Of a DNA stretch of 64,000 nt, positions 13,118 to 24,568 are shown piece after piece. The stretch is from Octopus vulgaris (Eukaryota), in the NCBI GenBank assembly GCA_951406725.2, contig OX597819.1, positions 122,388,001-122,452,000 of the forward strand, read 5' to 3'. Within the stretch, counting starts at the first letter, position 1, and every line of letters begins with the position of its first letter. Below the pieces are notes generated by a model, which saw nothing but the letters and a program-made list of their open reading frames with translations, had not been told where the DNA came from and ran no database searches. The position numbers and the translations under genes were made by a program.

Positions 13118-13843
13118 TTATTTCCTACTCTAGGTATAAAGCCCGAAATTTTAGGAAAGGGGCCAGTCAATTATATCGATCCCAGTACGCAACTGGTACT
13201 TAATTTATCGACCCCGAAAAGATGAAAGGCGGAATTTGAACTCAGAACGTAGCAGCAGACGAAATACCAGACGAAATACCTATTTCTTTACTACTCACAA
13301 GGGGCTAAACACAGAGGGGACTAACAAGGACAGACAAACGGATTAAGTCAATTATATCGACCCCAGTGTGTAACTGGTACTTAATCTATCGACCCCGAAA
13401 AGATGAAAGGCAAAGTCGACCTCGGCGGAATTTGAACTCAGAACGTAACGGTAGACGAAATACCTATTTCTTTATTATCCACAAGGGACTAAACAGAGAG
13501 TGGACTAACGAGAGACACAGGTTTTAAGTCGATTACATCGACCCCAGTGCGTAACTGGTACTTAATTTATCGAACCAGAAAGGATGAAAGGCAAAGTCGA
13601 CCTCGGCGGAATTTGAACTCACAAAGTAACGGCAAACGAAATACCTATTTCTTTACTACCCACGAGGGGCTAAACACAGAGAGGACAAACAAGGACAGAC
13701 AAAGGGATTAAGTCGATTATATCGTCCACAGTGCGTAACTGGTACATATTTAATCGACCCCGAAAGGATGAAAAGTAAAGTCGACCTCGGCGGAATTTGA
13801 ACTCAGAACGTAAAGTCAGATGAAATACCGATAAGCATTTCGC
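13118..13843 (-). mobile_element. SINE-B array (4 units; terminal unit has type-2 tail)
   Basis: Junctions gacgaaatacc|tatttctttacta. Confidence 0.9.
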
Positions 13844-13846
13844 AAA

Positions 13847-16219
13847 TTTTTTATTTCCCACAAGGGGAGAACAAAGAGAGGACAGTACAATCTGATATGG
13901 GGTCAGATTTATCGTATGAGTTAACAAAAAGATGAATTTAAAAATTTTACATAAATATGAATAGTTCGAATGATAACATATACAAGACAACAATACAGAA
14001 TCGAGTGGAGAGGCGGGATATGCTCGGACACCACGAGACCCCGTCTCAACACTGATGCTTTGGGTTCATCCTGCGTTGTATTCATTCGGTTCCATCCATA
14101 CGCAACATTCGTGCGACATTCTTCCATCGATCTTGGAACATTTTCGCAGACAGGCATTTTTTATCTAACCCTATTTTCCTTCTTAGGTGGAAGGTGAAGA
14201 AATTCACCAAGCCAGGGCCAGAGATGCGTCTTCCAAATCACCTCTTTCGCAATTGCTACAATGACGGGAAAGCAATTCTTACCTTCTTTCGGTAGGAAAT
14301 CCGGTGGGTCAGTTTTTACTATTGACTCAGTCGATAGCTGTACTCTTCCTGTACTTGACAACAGTTGTTTGGCATAAGTCCTTAGCTAATGCTAATCCCT
14401 CCATAGTGTCTCTAGCCTATGTCTGTGAGGAAATATGATTTTAATATTACAAGGCTTATGTCGTCTATTTGTATTATCATAATTCCTTCTGGAAGTTTAG
14501 CGGGATCTATTCGGTTTGAACGGCAGTTTTTTCTATCGGTGTCATATGAAATTGTCACCCATAATTATGACCCTAGTATCGATCTATTGCATTTCAATCT
14601 GTTTTAGGGTTAGGGTTAGAGTTAGGGTTAGTTAGGGTTAGGGTTAGGGGTGGGGGGAAGGGTATATTTTTTTCTTCAGAAATGTAAATAAGCCCAATCT
14701 GTTTCTTAAACGAGGGACATATCCATACGGCACAGAATGTTTTCACCTCAATAGACGTCATTGATTGGTTGAAATTGCAGAAATTGAAGAAAAAACCAAC
14801 AAATATCTTACAAACTATAGAATTTTCTCAATAAAGCCAAGAGAAAAATATGTTTTATAAACACATTCTACCAGTATACGAAGTTTAAAAGTGTTTAGTT
14901 ACGTGGAAATTATAAAAAAAAAACTGCCGGTCAAACCGAAAAGATCCGTTTAGTGTAATGTCCTTTGAAGATTTCTGCTGTAGGAATATTTTAAATTCTA
15001 GTTGTCAATTGTTCGTTCGTGGCATTTATTGCCACTAATAGTAACTTGTTTTGCCATATATTTTTTCCAGGACTGGAGGGATGATTTTTCTGGGCCGGAC
15101 GGAGGGGATATACGGGGGAGAGATCGGGGACTGGAGGATGGGGATTGGAGGGGTGAAATTTCAGGGCTGAGTGGGAGGGAGGGGAGGGGAGGTTATCAGG
15201 GTTGGAAGGAGGAGATATCGGTGTTTCTTTTGGTGAATAGTGGTGGGTTGGGGTAGTTTGAGTTTCGTGTGTGTGTCTGTTGAGGGAGCTTTTTTCTTGT
15301 TCGAGCTGGATGTTGAAGGGATGGGATTGGGGTTCTTCCTTTTGGTTAATTTCTTCCTTTTTATCGTAGACCATCCTTCTTCACTCCCAGCTAGTTGAGT
15401 GTTTTCATTGCTGGGAGCCTACTGGTCGGTCTTCTGCGTTCTTTTTTTGAGCCGTCTCCACCTTACGGGTAGGACAGTTTGCCCGAATGTGGCCTTTCTC
15501 TCTACATTTGAAGCACCGGGGTCTTCTCCCCTCCACCATTACCCGTAAGGTGGTTTCTTCTCCGAGGTGTATGTTCTCTGTGATCATTTTCAGGGTCTGA
15601 GGCGCTGCTTGGATAATGACCTCGAGGCCTTGCCCCTTCCAGTTCTGCTGGGGTATTTTTGAGGTCTCTTATATCGTTATTTCTATTATTCTCATTAGTA
15701 TGGCTGGGAATAGCCATGATACGTTCATTTCTGGCGGGATATCTTCTACCGTGATCATTGACGTGCGCCTGCCAAAGTATGTTGGCAGCAATACAAAATC
15801 CGTGGTTTTCAAAGGTTGTACCGAATGTATTTTCGCTTTCTCTTCACTTTTGAAATACACTACTAGCGTGGCAAAGCATTTGCCTCTGGTCAGGTATTCT
15901 ATGTTCTGCCAGATCGGCTGTAGGCATTTTTCTATAGCTTCTTTTGGTGCTTTGTCTAGATTATTTTCTTTTACAACAAGAGTTTTAAATACGGCTATTT
16001 TTTTTTTTGCCGCTTCTTCTATAATTTCACTCGGGAGGGTGGCTTTTACGTCGTACCCCTCCTTTGAAAACATGGTTTGGTGCTGCATTAGTACATTTTT
16101 GTCAACAGATAATTTTTCTTTTTTTCAGTCCAGCCGCAGCTGCAAAATTAATCTTTTTTGCCGTCCCTACAAATTTTTCTGCCGTCGGCATACTTAATAT
16201 TTCACAGTTTATTTTACAT
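13847..16219 (-). mobile_element. L1/Tx1-like non-autonomous element: decayed ORF1 joined to ORF2 C-terminus and 3' UTR, no EN or RT
   Basis: ATG 16191 MPTAEKF..NFAAAAG frameshifts into ORF 15669-16088; CCHC knuckle CFKCREKGHIRANC; Pro-rich segment; then IVAIAKEVIWKT and FHLRRKI..FQDRWKNVARM, typical of L1/Tx1 ORF2 ends; A-rich tail. Confidence 0.75.
14503..14947. mobile_element. MITE-E with internal (TTAGGG)n
   Basis: TIRs; TSD gtttagcg/gtttagtg. Confidence 0.9.
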
Positions 16220-16758
16220 TTAAGTCGATTATATCGACCCCAGTGCGTAACTGGTGCTTATTTAATCGACCCCGAAAGGATAAAAAGGCAAAGTCGATCT
16301 CGGCGGAATTTGAACTCAGAACGTAAAGACAGACGAAATACCTATTTTTTTACTACCCAGAAGGGGCTAAACACAGAGAGAACAAACAAGGACAGACAAA
16401 CGGATTAAGTCGATTATATCGACCCCAGTGCGTAACTGGTACTTAATTTATCGACCCCGAAAGGACGAAAGGCAAAGTCGACCTCGGCGGAATTTGAACT
16501 CAGAACGTAGCGGCAGACGAAATACCTATTTCATTACTACCCAAAAGGAGCTAAACACAGAGGGGATAATCAAGGACAGACAAACGGATTAAGTCGATTA
16601 CATCGACCCCAGTGCGTAACTGGTACTTAATTTATCGACCCCGAAAGGATGAAAGGCAAAGTCGACCTCGGCGGAATTTGAACTCAGAACATAACGGCAG
16701 ACGAAATACGGCTACGCATTTCGCCCGGCGTGCTAACGTTTCTGCCAGGTCGGCGACT
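16220..16758 (-). mobile_element. SINE-B array (head plus 3 bodies) running directly into the ORF1 element
   Basis: Same unit junctions; last body ends at atcgacttaa. Confidence 0.88.
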
Positions 16759-16979
16759 TTATTTAAAATATATTGAAAGACATCTGCGTCAAGTTATCAC
16801 ATCAAATTTCCTGTTTTTCGTCAATTATCTCATCTTTCTTGGAAAATCTTGGATGTGAGCGAAAAGGCAACGCGAAAATATGCCTGTCAGTGTTTTTAAC
16901 TTTAGGTTGTTATCCATAAAATTTATCAATAGTATCTTTACTGTCGCTGATGGATCTAATGTAACTCCTGAAAATAATA

Positions 16980-17530
16980 AAGCTTATTTCTTTATTGAGA
17001 AAATACTTTTGTCTTGATTGAGGTTAACGTTATAGAATTTTACCATCTCGAGAAATTGCTTTAACTTATTATCATAATATAATTGACTTACAGCAACAAT
17101 TGTTATATTGCCCAGATAAGTGAAAACTCCTTTAACATCTTTCTTTCATATAATCTCATCTATTACAAGTTCAAAGAATGCAGCTCCACTGATTTCTCCA
17201 AATGGTATATGATTAAACCAGCAAAGTGAATTATATGCTTCAAATACAGTGGTAGGTCATTCTGACACTATAAGTGCTACTTGATGATAAGCACAACCCG
17301 CTACTAATGTGTTTTATACTTCATTCAGAGCAATATTCAATACCATCTCATTAATTTTTCGTAATGGATAAGCGTCCAATTCATTATAAAATTTTTATTG
17401 TTTGATTATAATCAATCATGATTCTCTTGTGTTCTTCCTTGTTTTATTACCGGCACTTGTTCTCGCCATGGAAACTGACATTCTTCAATTATATCTACAT
17501 TAAGAAGTTGCTGAATCTCAGATTAATAAA
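16980..17530 (-). pseudogene. Decayed Ty3/Gypsy reverse transcriptase
   Basis: Manual translation across stops and frameshifts: EIQQLLNVDIIEECQFPWREQV, ELDAYPLRKINEMV, AYHQV, IPFG, FTYLGNITI (decayed YLDD/N box), in Gypsy RT order. Confidence 0.8.
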
Positions 17531-18042
17531 TTATATCTGGGACCTCGAGCTATTAGGTTAATTTTACGACGATTGGTTTAAAAATTGTTCGATAAATTTC
17601 CAAATAGCAAAATGAATTAAAAATTTCACTGAAGAAAATACAAACACAAATAAATTTTCATGCGATTTGCTAGAAAAAAGCAACGAATTATTCCTCAAAT
17701 AACATGTTACTGCCTGAAATAAAGTAATCTCGCATCGAATAAAGCAGTTGTATCTAAAACTAAAAAGGAAAGATGGTCATTGTTAAACGACCTTTGATTG
17801 AATATCCACTCGGTTGGGACTTGTTTAAAGCTGAACGACGACGTCAACAATCTACGCTGTTTTTAACAAATCATAGCAAGGCTGATGTCAGGGATTTTAG
17901 AAGGGAAACTTTGAAATTGGAATGAAGATAGAATAAGCACGAGGAAATTAACGAAACATTTACCGAGTGTGCTCGATGATAGTGAATACGCGTAACAGAA
18001 ACATATTCACTAGTAATAATAACTGTCATTCAAGTAAAATAC

Positions 18043-18460
18043 GGACCTTTTCGGTTTGAACGGCAGTCTTTTCTAGCGGTGTCATATGAAATTGTCACCC
18101 ATAATTATGACCCTAGTATCGATCTATTGCATTTCAATCTGTTTTAGGGTTAGGGTTAGGGGTGGGGGTAAGGGTATCTTTTTTTCTTCACAAATGTAAA
18201 TAAACCCAATCTGTTTCTTAAACGAGGGACATATTCATACGGCACAGAATGTTTTTTTACTTCAATGGATGTCACTGATTGGCTGAAATTGCAGAAATTG
18301 AAGAAAAAAAACAACAAATATCTTACAAACTATAGAATTTTCTCAATAAAGTCAAGAGAAAAAGATGTTTTATAAACACATTCTACCAGTATACGAAGTT
18401 TAAAATTTTTTAATTACCTAGAAATTATGTTAAAAACTGCCGTTCAAACCGAAAAGAGCT
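18043..18460. mobile_element. MITE-E with internal (TTAGGG)n
   Basis: TIRs; TSD taaaatac/caaaatac. Confidence 0.88.
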
Positions 18461-18670
18461 CAAAATACTCGTGGAGTCTGTAGAGTAGGGGTTCTTAACT
18501 GGTTTATTATCGTGGCTGACTTAGATTTACACAATGTTTTGATGGGGCACTCGGGCATAAAGACATATTGTGACCTAACAGAAAAGAAGATAAGTAATTG
18601 AATAAACATATAGGGACAAAAAGTAAGACCTGATACTACTCTAATATGTGGTAAATTAATTATCAATATA

Positions 18671-19269
18671 AGCGCAGGAGTGGCTGTGTGGTAAGAAGCT
18701 TTTCGCTTTTTGCCGAAAAGTCCCGACCTAGCACCATCGAGGTGCTTGAGTGTGGCATTGAGTCTGGTCGGGTGACGGCGGGGCGGAAAAATTAAGAGGC
18801 TTCGTGCCTCGTATTGTGTATTAACATTAATGTAGGAGGTTTAATGCCTCAGTCTGTTGTTTTGTTTTGAGTTTATTGTTTGTAAGAAGCTCAGAGCCTC
18901 AATTGAGAACGAACTACGGATCTAAAGTAAGAGGTTTAATACCTCGTATTGTTTTTACTATGTAAAAAAAAAAGAATAATGTTTTAGAGAAGCAAAAATT
19001 CGGCGGGCGTTTTATGTCTTCTCCCATCAATATCATCCCTTTTCATCATTCATCTCATCAATGTTTCTGTCCAGCCCGCAAGCTACTCTGTGTTATGCCC
19101 TTAAGGCAAAATTTTGAAATAAAGTAGCTTGCTTACCAACCACCCAACCGCGTGGTTCCGGGTTCAGTCCCACTGCGTGGAACCTTGAGCAAGTGTCTTC
19201 TACTATAGTCTCAGATCAACCAAAACTTTGTGAGTGGATTTGGTAGGCGGAAACTGAAAGAAGCCCGTC

Positions 19270-19319
<50 letters not shown>

Positions 19320-19560
19320 ATGTATGTGTGTGTGTGTGTGTGTATGTGTGTGTGTGTGTGTCCCCCCCCTCAACATCGCTTGACAACCGATGCTGATGTG
19401 TTTACGTCCCCGTAACTTAGCGGTTCGGCAAAAGGGACGGATAGAATAAGTACTAGGCTTACAAAGAATAAGTAAGAATAAGTCCTGGGGTCGATTTGTT
19501 CGCCTAAATGTGTTCCTCCAGCATGGCCGCAGCTAAATGACCGAAACAAATAAATAAATA
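18671..19560 (+). mobile_element. SINE-A interrupted by element F
   Basis: Head stops at gtaagaagctt and resumes at aagtagcttgcttacc (19122). Confidence 0.88.
18702..19121 (+). mobile_element. Element F, 5'-truncated copy
   Basis: Homologous to the reverse complement of 5728-6000; TSD aagWagctt. Confidence 0.8.
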
Positions 19561-19653
19561 GATAAATGAATATCTGATGGCTATGACTCATTTAATTTTG
19601 TGTCGTGTATTCGTTAAATCAGGGAAACAGATCATTTCCAACAATCAAAAGGT

Positions 19654-20086
19654 TTGAACGGTTTGAACGGCAGTTTTTAACATAATTTTTAGATAACTAA
19701 AAAATTTAAAACTTCGTATACTGGTAGAATGTGTTTATAAAACATCTTTTTCTCTTGGCTTTATTGAGAAAATTCTATAGTTTGTAAGATATTTGTTGTT
19801 TTTTTTCTTCAATTTCTGCAATTTCAACCAATCACTGACGTCCATTGAGGTAAACAACATTCTGTGCCGTATGAACATGTCCCTCGTTTAAGAAACAGAT
19901 TGGGTTTATTTACATTTGTGACGATAAAAGGTACCCTTCCCCTCACCCCTAACCCTAACTAACCCAAACTAACCCTAACCCTAAAATAGATTGAAATGCA
20001 ATAGATCGATACTAGGGTCATAATTATGGGTGACAATTTCATATGACACCGCTAGAAAAAAACTGCCGTTCAAACCGAAAAGATCT
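19654..20086. mobile_element. MITE-E with (CCCTAA)n; left TIR damaged
   Basis: TSD caaaaggt (19646-19653, 20087-20094); left end replaced by a duplicated ttgaacgg. Confidence 0.85.
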
Positions 20087-20714
20087 CAAAAGGTTTCTAT
20101 TTTTTGATTCAACTTTGAGAATTGCAAAAAAAAAAAAAACAAACAACAACAAAAATCACATGTTTACCAAAATACGCCGATGCAGAGTAGAAAGATTCTG
20201 AGTGCTTGATCTACGGCACCAGGAAATAACTATGTGACATGAGGGCCAAAAAAAAAAAGTTTATTCTTTAATTTTAACATCTCTTGAATAAGTGCTGGAA
20301 TTTTGTCGAATTTTGTTATGAACGCTTTGATAAACATCACCCCAAAATATTCTCTTTGACGGCGTCCGGAATAAATACCAGAACATTTCCTTCAAATTTT
20401 CTAAGGTTATTTGATTTTTTTCTGGATTATTATTTTTTTGTTCGCTCAATAATGTAATTTAGATTAGGAAATTGGATGTAGATTCCCCACCGTACTGCTT
20501 TTGTCCAAAAAATCCATATTCTTGAGGAAACGTTTGATTTTTTCCTCCGTGCGTTATAAGACATCAGGTTTTCCTTTCTTAACAAAGGTTCCACTAACTC
20601 AGTTCTTCAAAAGTCTCAGTAAAACATAATGCCGCCTTCCAAAGGAAACGCCAATGAGTGTTGTCGGAGTTTCTATTATTCATGTGTGCGTAAGGACAGT
20701 TTTAACATCTCTTA

Positions 20715-21105
20715 ACTCTTTACTCTTTTACTCGTTTCAGTCTTTTGACTGTGGCCACGCTGGAGCACCGCCTTTAGTCGAGCAAATCGACCTCAGGACT
20801 TATTCTTTGTAAGCCTAGTACTTATGCTATCGGTCTTTTTTCCCGAACCGCTAAGTTACGGGAATGTAAACACACCAGCATCGGTTGTCAAACGATTTTG
20901 GGGGACAAACACAGACACACAAACATATACACACATACATTTATACATATACATATATACGATGGGCTTCTTTCAGTTTCCGTCTACCAAATCCACTCAC
21001 AAGGCTTTGGTCGGTCCGAGGCTATAGTAGAAGACACTTGCCCAAGGTGCCACGCAACAATGCTGTTCGTGCGCAAGCTACTTACCATACAGCCACTCCT
21101 ACGCC
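20715..21105 (-). mobile_element. SINE-A with internal deletion
   Basis: Family homology. Confidence 0.88.
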
Positions 21106-21409
21106 TAACAGAACATTTCTTACATTCAGTTTAGAAGTGTCTAGCTTCTTGTCCCGAGCCCATACCTCGGCAGAGACTTTTGAAAAGTCTTGTATTTAGG
21201 GTTGGGTATTTGGCATAATTAACTATCTTAATGACTCTTTTAAACTGAACATCAATATCGCTTTCTAATCGTTAAGCAGCCAATGCTTTATTGAAGCATT
21301 GCAGATACGTTGTTCTTGGAGAGCATATTTTCACCAACATTTGAAACTCTGATTTGAACCTAGCATGGAACGTACAGCATCAGTGCTGACATTCGCAAGA
21401 TTCTTCACA

Positions 21410-21598
21410 AATGGAGACCACCTCCCCCCGTGGGATGAAATTAAAATAATAGACAGAGAACACCACTGGAAAATACGAAAACAAAAAGAAGCAGCACATA
21501 TGCTAGGACACAACAACCTCCTAGGAAGACCGAGCGTCGATATGAAGACCATATGGGAACCGGTATTAAGGAAGGATAGGAAAATATTAGATTTATAA
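21410..21598 (+). pseudogene. Penelope-like GIY-YIG endonuclease C-terminal fragment
   Basis: HLPPWDEIKIIDREHHWKIRKQKEAAHM..NLLGR..IW matches the PLE endonuclease tail pattern. Confidence 0.7.
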
Positions 21599-21629
21599 GC
21601 CCTAAAAAAAAAAAAAAACCTGCTATTTT

Positions 21630-22045
21630 TATTTCGGTTTCCGAGCCTATTCTCACCTATGATCATGAACGTTGGGTATGACCGAAAGACTACGTACACG
21701 AACACAAGCGGCCAAAATGGGATTCCTTTGAAGGAATTCTGTAGTAACGTTACTCTACAGAGTGTGTACATCTCCGCATTGTGAGGTCACAGCTCCGGTG
21801 CTACGGATATGTGATTTGAATGTTGCAGGAAAGAAACAAAAGATTGATTCTTCAGGCCCAATCCAGCTAACAGGAGACCAAGAACTAGATGGTTCGATAA
21901 GATCCATAGTGTTACTCGGTCACGCTTAAGAATCCAGGTGGAAAGTGTAATGAGGGTTGCTTTTGATAGTCTCCAATAGAGGAGATGCTTGAGGACTCCT
22001 TACATGATCCTCCTCTAGGCAGAGAAGATGGTTGGATGGATGGAA
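21630..22045 (+). pseudogene. Rex3/Expander-like RTE LINE 3' relic
   Basis: PILTYDHERWV, TERLRTRTQAAKMGFL and RRPRTRWFD in order; (gatg)-like tail. Confidence 0.7.
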
Positions 22046-22454
22046 TCTTTAAAACATAAAACACACAGTGACAAACCTACACCATAGTCTTTTGCCAAAT
22101 AAATCTAAATTTAACACATTCACCGGAGTATATTTTTGATAAGTCATAATGTCAAGAACCGCTTACAGACGTTAGTTTTCTTATACCAAATTTAATTTTT
22201 AATGAAGTTGTTGTGACAACGATTTAAATTGATTTCAAATTTGTTATATAAACGAAGGATTACATAATTAATTAATGCAGTTATTAATATTCAATAAAAT
22301 AAAAGATGTAAATACCAGAAATTACGTCGACCGTAATAACAGTCTTCTACATAAAAGGCAATCTACTTGCCGAGACAGGAAGTTATCACGTGATCATAAA
22401 GAACACGTGACATGCTTCTGCCGCTTCCCACGAACCAATAATACTAAGACTACA

Positions 22455-23111
22455 CTTTCACTGTTTTACTTGTTTCAGTCATTTGACCGTGGCCATGCTG
22501 GAGAACCACCTTTAGTCGAGTAAATCGACCCCAGGACTTATTCTTTGTAAGCCTAGTACTTATTCTATCGGCCTCTGTACTTATTCTATCGTAACTGCTA
22601 AGTTACGGGGACGTAAACAACCCAGCATCAGTTGTCAAACGATGTTGGGGGACAAACACAGACACATAAACATATACACACACATACATGTATATATCCA
22701 TATATACGACGGGTTTCTTTCAGTTTTCGTCTACCAAATCCACAAGGCTTTGGTCAGCCCGAGGCTATAGTAGAAGACACCGATAGAATAAGTACTAGGC
22801 TTACAAAGAATAAGTCCTGAGGTCGATTTGCTCGACTAAAGGCGGTGCTCCAGCGTGGCCACAGTCAAAAGACTGAAACAAGTAAAAGAGTAAAAGAGTA
22901 AAGAGTTAAGAGATGTTAAAACTGTTCTTACGCACACATGAATAATAGAAACTCCGACAACACTCATTGGCGTAGGAGTGGCTGTGTGGTAAATAGTTTG
23001 CTTACCAACCACATGGTTCCGGGTTCAGCCCCACTGCGCGCCACATTGGGACTGAACCCGGAACCATGTGGTTGGTAAGCAAACTATTTACCACACAGCC
23101 ACTCCTACGCT
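22455..23111 (-). mobile_element. SINE-A rearranged by inverted templated segments
   Basis: Body 22455-22779, inverted insert to about 23047, head 23048-23111. Confidence 0.85.
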
Positions 23112-24162
23112 TATAAATGATAACATCGGTGCAATTGAAGGAAAACTTCGTGATACAACTGTAGAAAAAGTTCTGTTAAAGCAAAGGAACAAAAAAAAAT
23201 CGGAAAGATTTTTGTTAGATACAGCGTAGTTTCTTTCTTAAACGCGCGATATCTCATGTGACATACGCAAGACGTCGAAACCAGCACCACGAACCCTGGA
23301 AAATACACCGATTACACAGTAAGTTTGTACATTGAATAATTACCTATACATGCAACTGTCCACACATCCATGTGCACATGCTGATATTTACAAGCAACGT
23401 AAATAATGCCTACACGACAAACACGTACGCGTAGAGAAAATAAAAGAAAAATACGTGTCACGAGCGACGCCGAATCAAATAAAAGAAAGCAACTTCCCAC
23501 AAACAAATATAAAAAGGAACAAATTGGTCACTCAGTTTAAAACATCAGCAAACAGTTATACCCGGAAACATAGCTAACAAAAAAGAAAAAAAGGCGATTT
23601 CCGATCTATCAGCCTACGATATGAGAAATATATCAATTCGAAGAACAAGGAAGAGGTGTCATGTCAAAAGGTCAACTCTGAACAAACAGACCCGCCTCCT
23701 ATTGTCACCATCAATGCTTTAATGACAAACCAAAGCTCATGCCGGATCGGTCATCACCTGGGATAACGACCACGTTACCCAGTGGGGAACTAAAATGAGG
23801 TCGAAAAGTTTGTTTCCGGAACAAACTCTCTCTAAAAAAAAAAACCCCAACAAAAAGAACGAACTACTAGGTAACTAGAACCAGGATAACCCTAATCCTA
23901 GGCCTATAAGGACACCAGCAAAACCACAACCTAAACCAAAATGCATAAAATGGACTAGAAAGGATTATAGAGATGTGTTGAAAGCTTTCTATACAGTCCA
24001 ACGGAACCCAAACAATCACCTCATTGTACAATCATACACTTCATGGAGAAACTTAGTAGGCAATGAAGTACGCAAATATTTAAGCGCAAATAAGCTAAAT
24101 AATGTATGTTGAGACATCATTAAGAATAAAAGGTTAACTGAGGCTGAAATTAAACAAATTAG

Positions 24163-24568
24163 GACTCTTTTTTTTTTACTCTTTTTACTTGTTTCAGTCA
24201 TTTTGACTGCAGCCATGCTGGAGCACCGCCTTTAATCGAGAAACTCGACCCCGGGACTTATTCTTTTGTAAGCCCAGTACTTATTATATCGGTCTCTTTT
24301 GTCGAACCGCTATGTGACGGGGACGTAAACACACCAGCATCGGTTGTCAAGCAATGCTAGGGGGACACACAAACAATCACGCACACACATATATATATAT
24401 ACATATATACGACTGGATTCTTTCAGTTTCCGTCTACCAAATCCACTCACAAGGCTTTGGTCGGCCCGAGGCATTAGTAGAAGACACTTGCCCAAGGTGC
24501 CACGCAATGGGACTGAACCCGGAACCATGTGGTTGGTAAACAAGCTACTTACCACACAGCCACTCATA
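24163..24568 (-). mobile_element. SINE-A nested in the LINE
   Basis: Family homology. Confidence 0.9.

Noticed and set aside
14600-14660. TTAGGG tracts as a telomere or chromosome fusion site
   Set aside because: Short and always internal to MITE-E.
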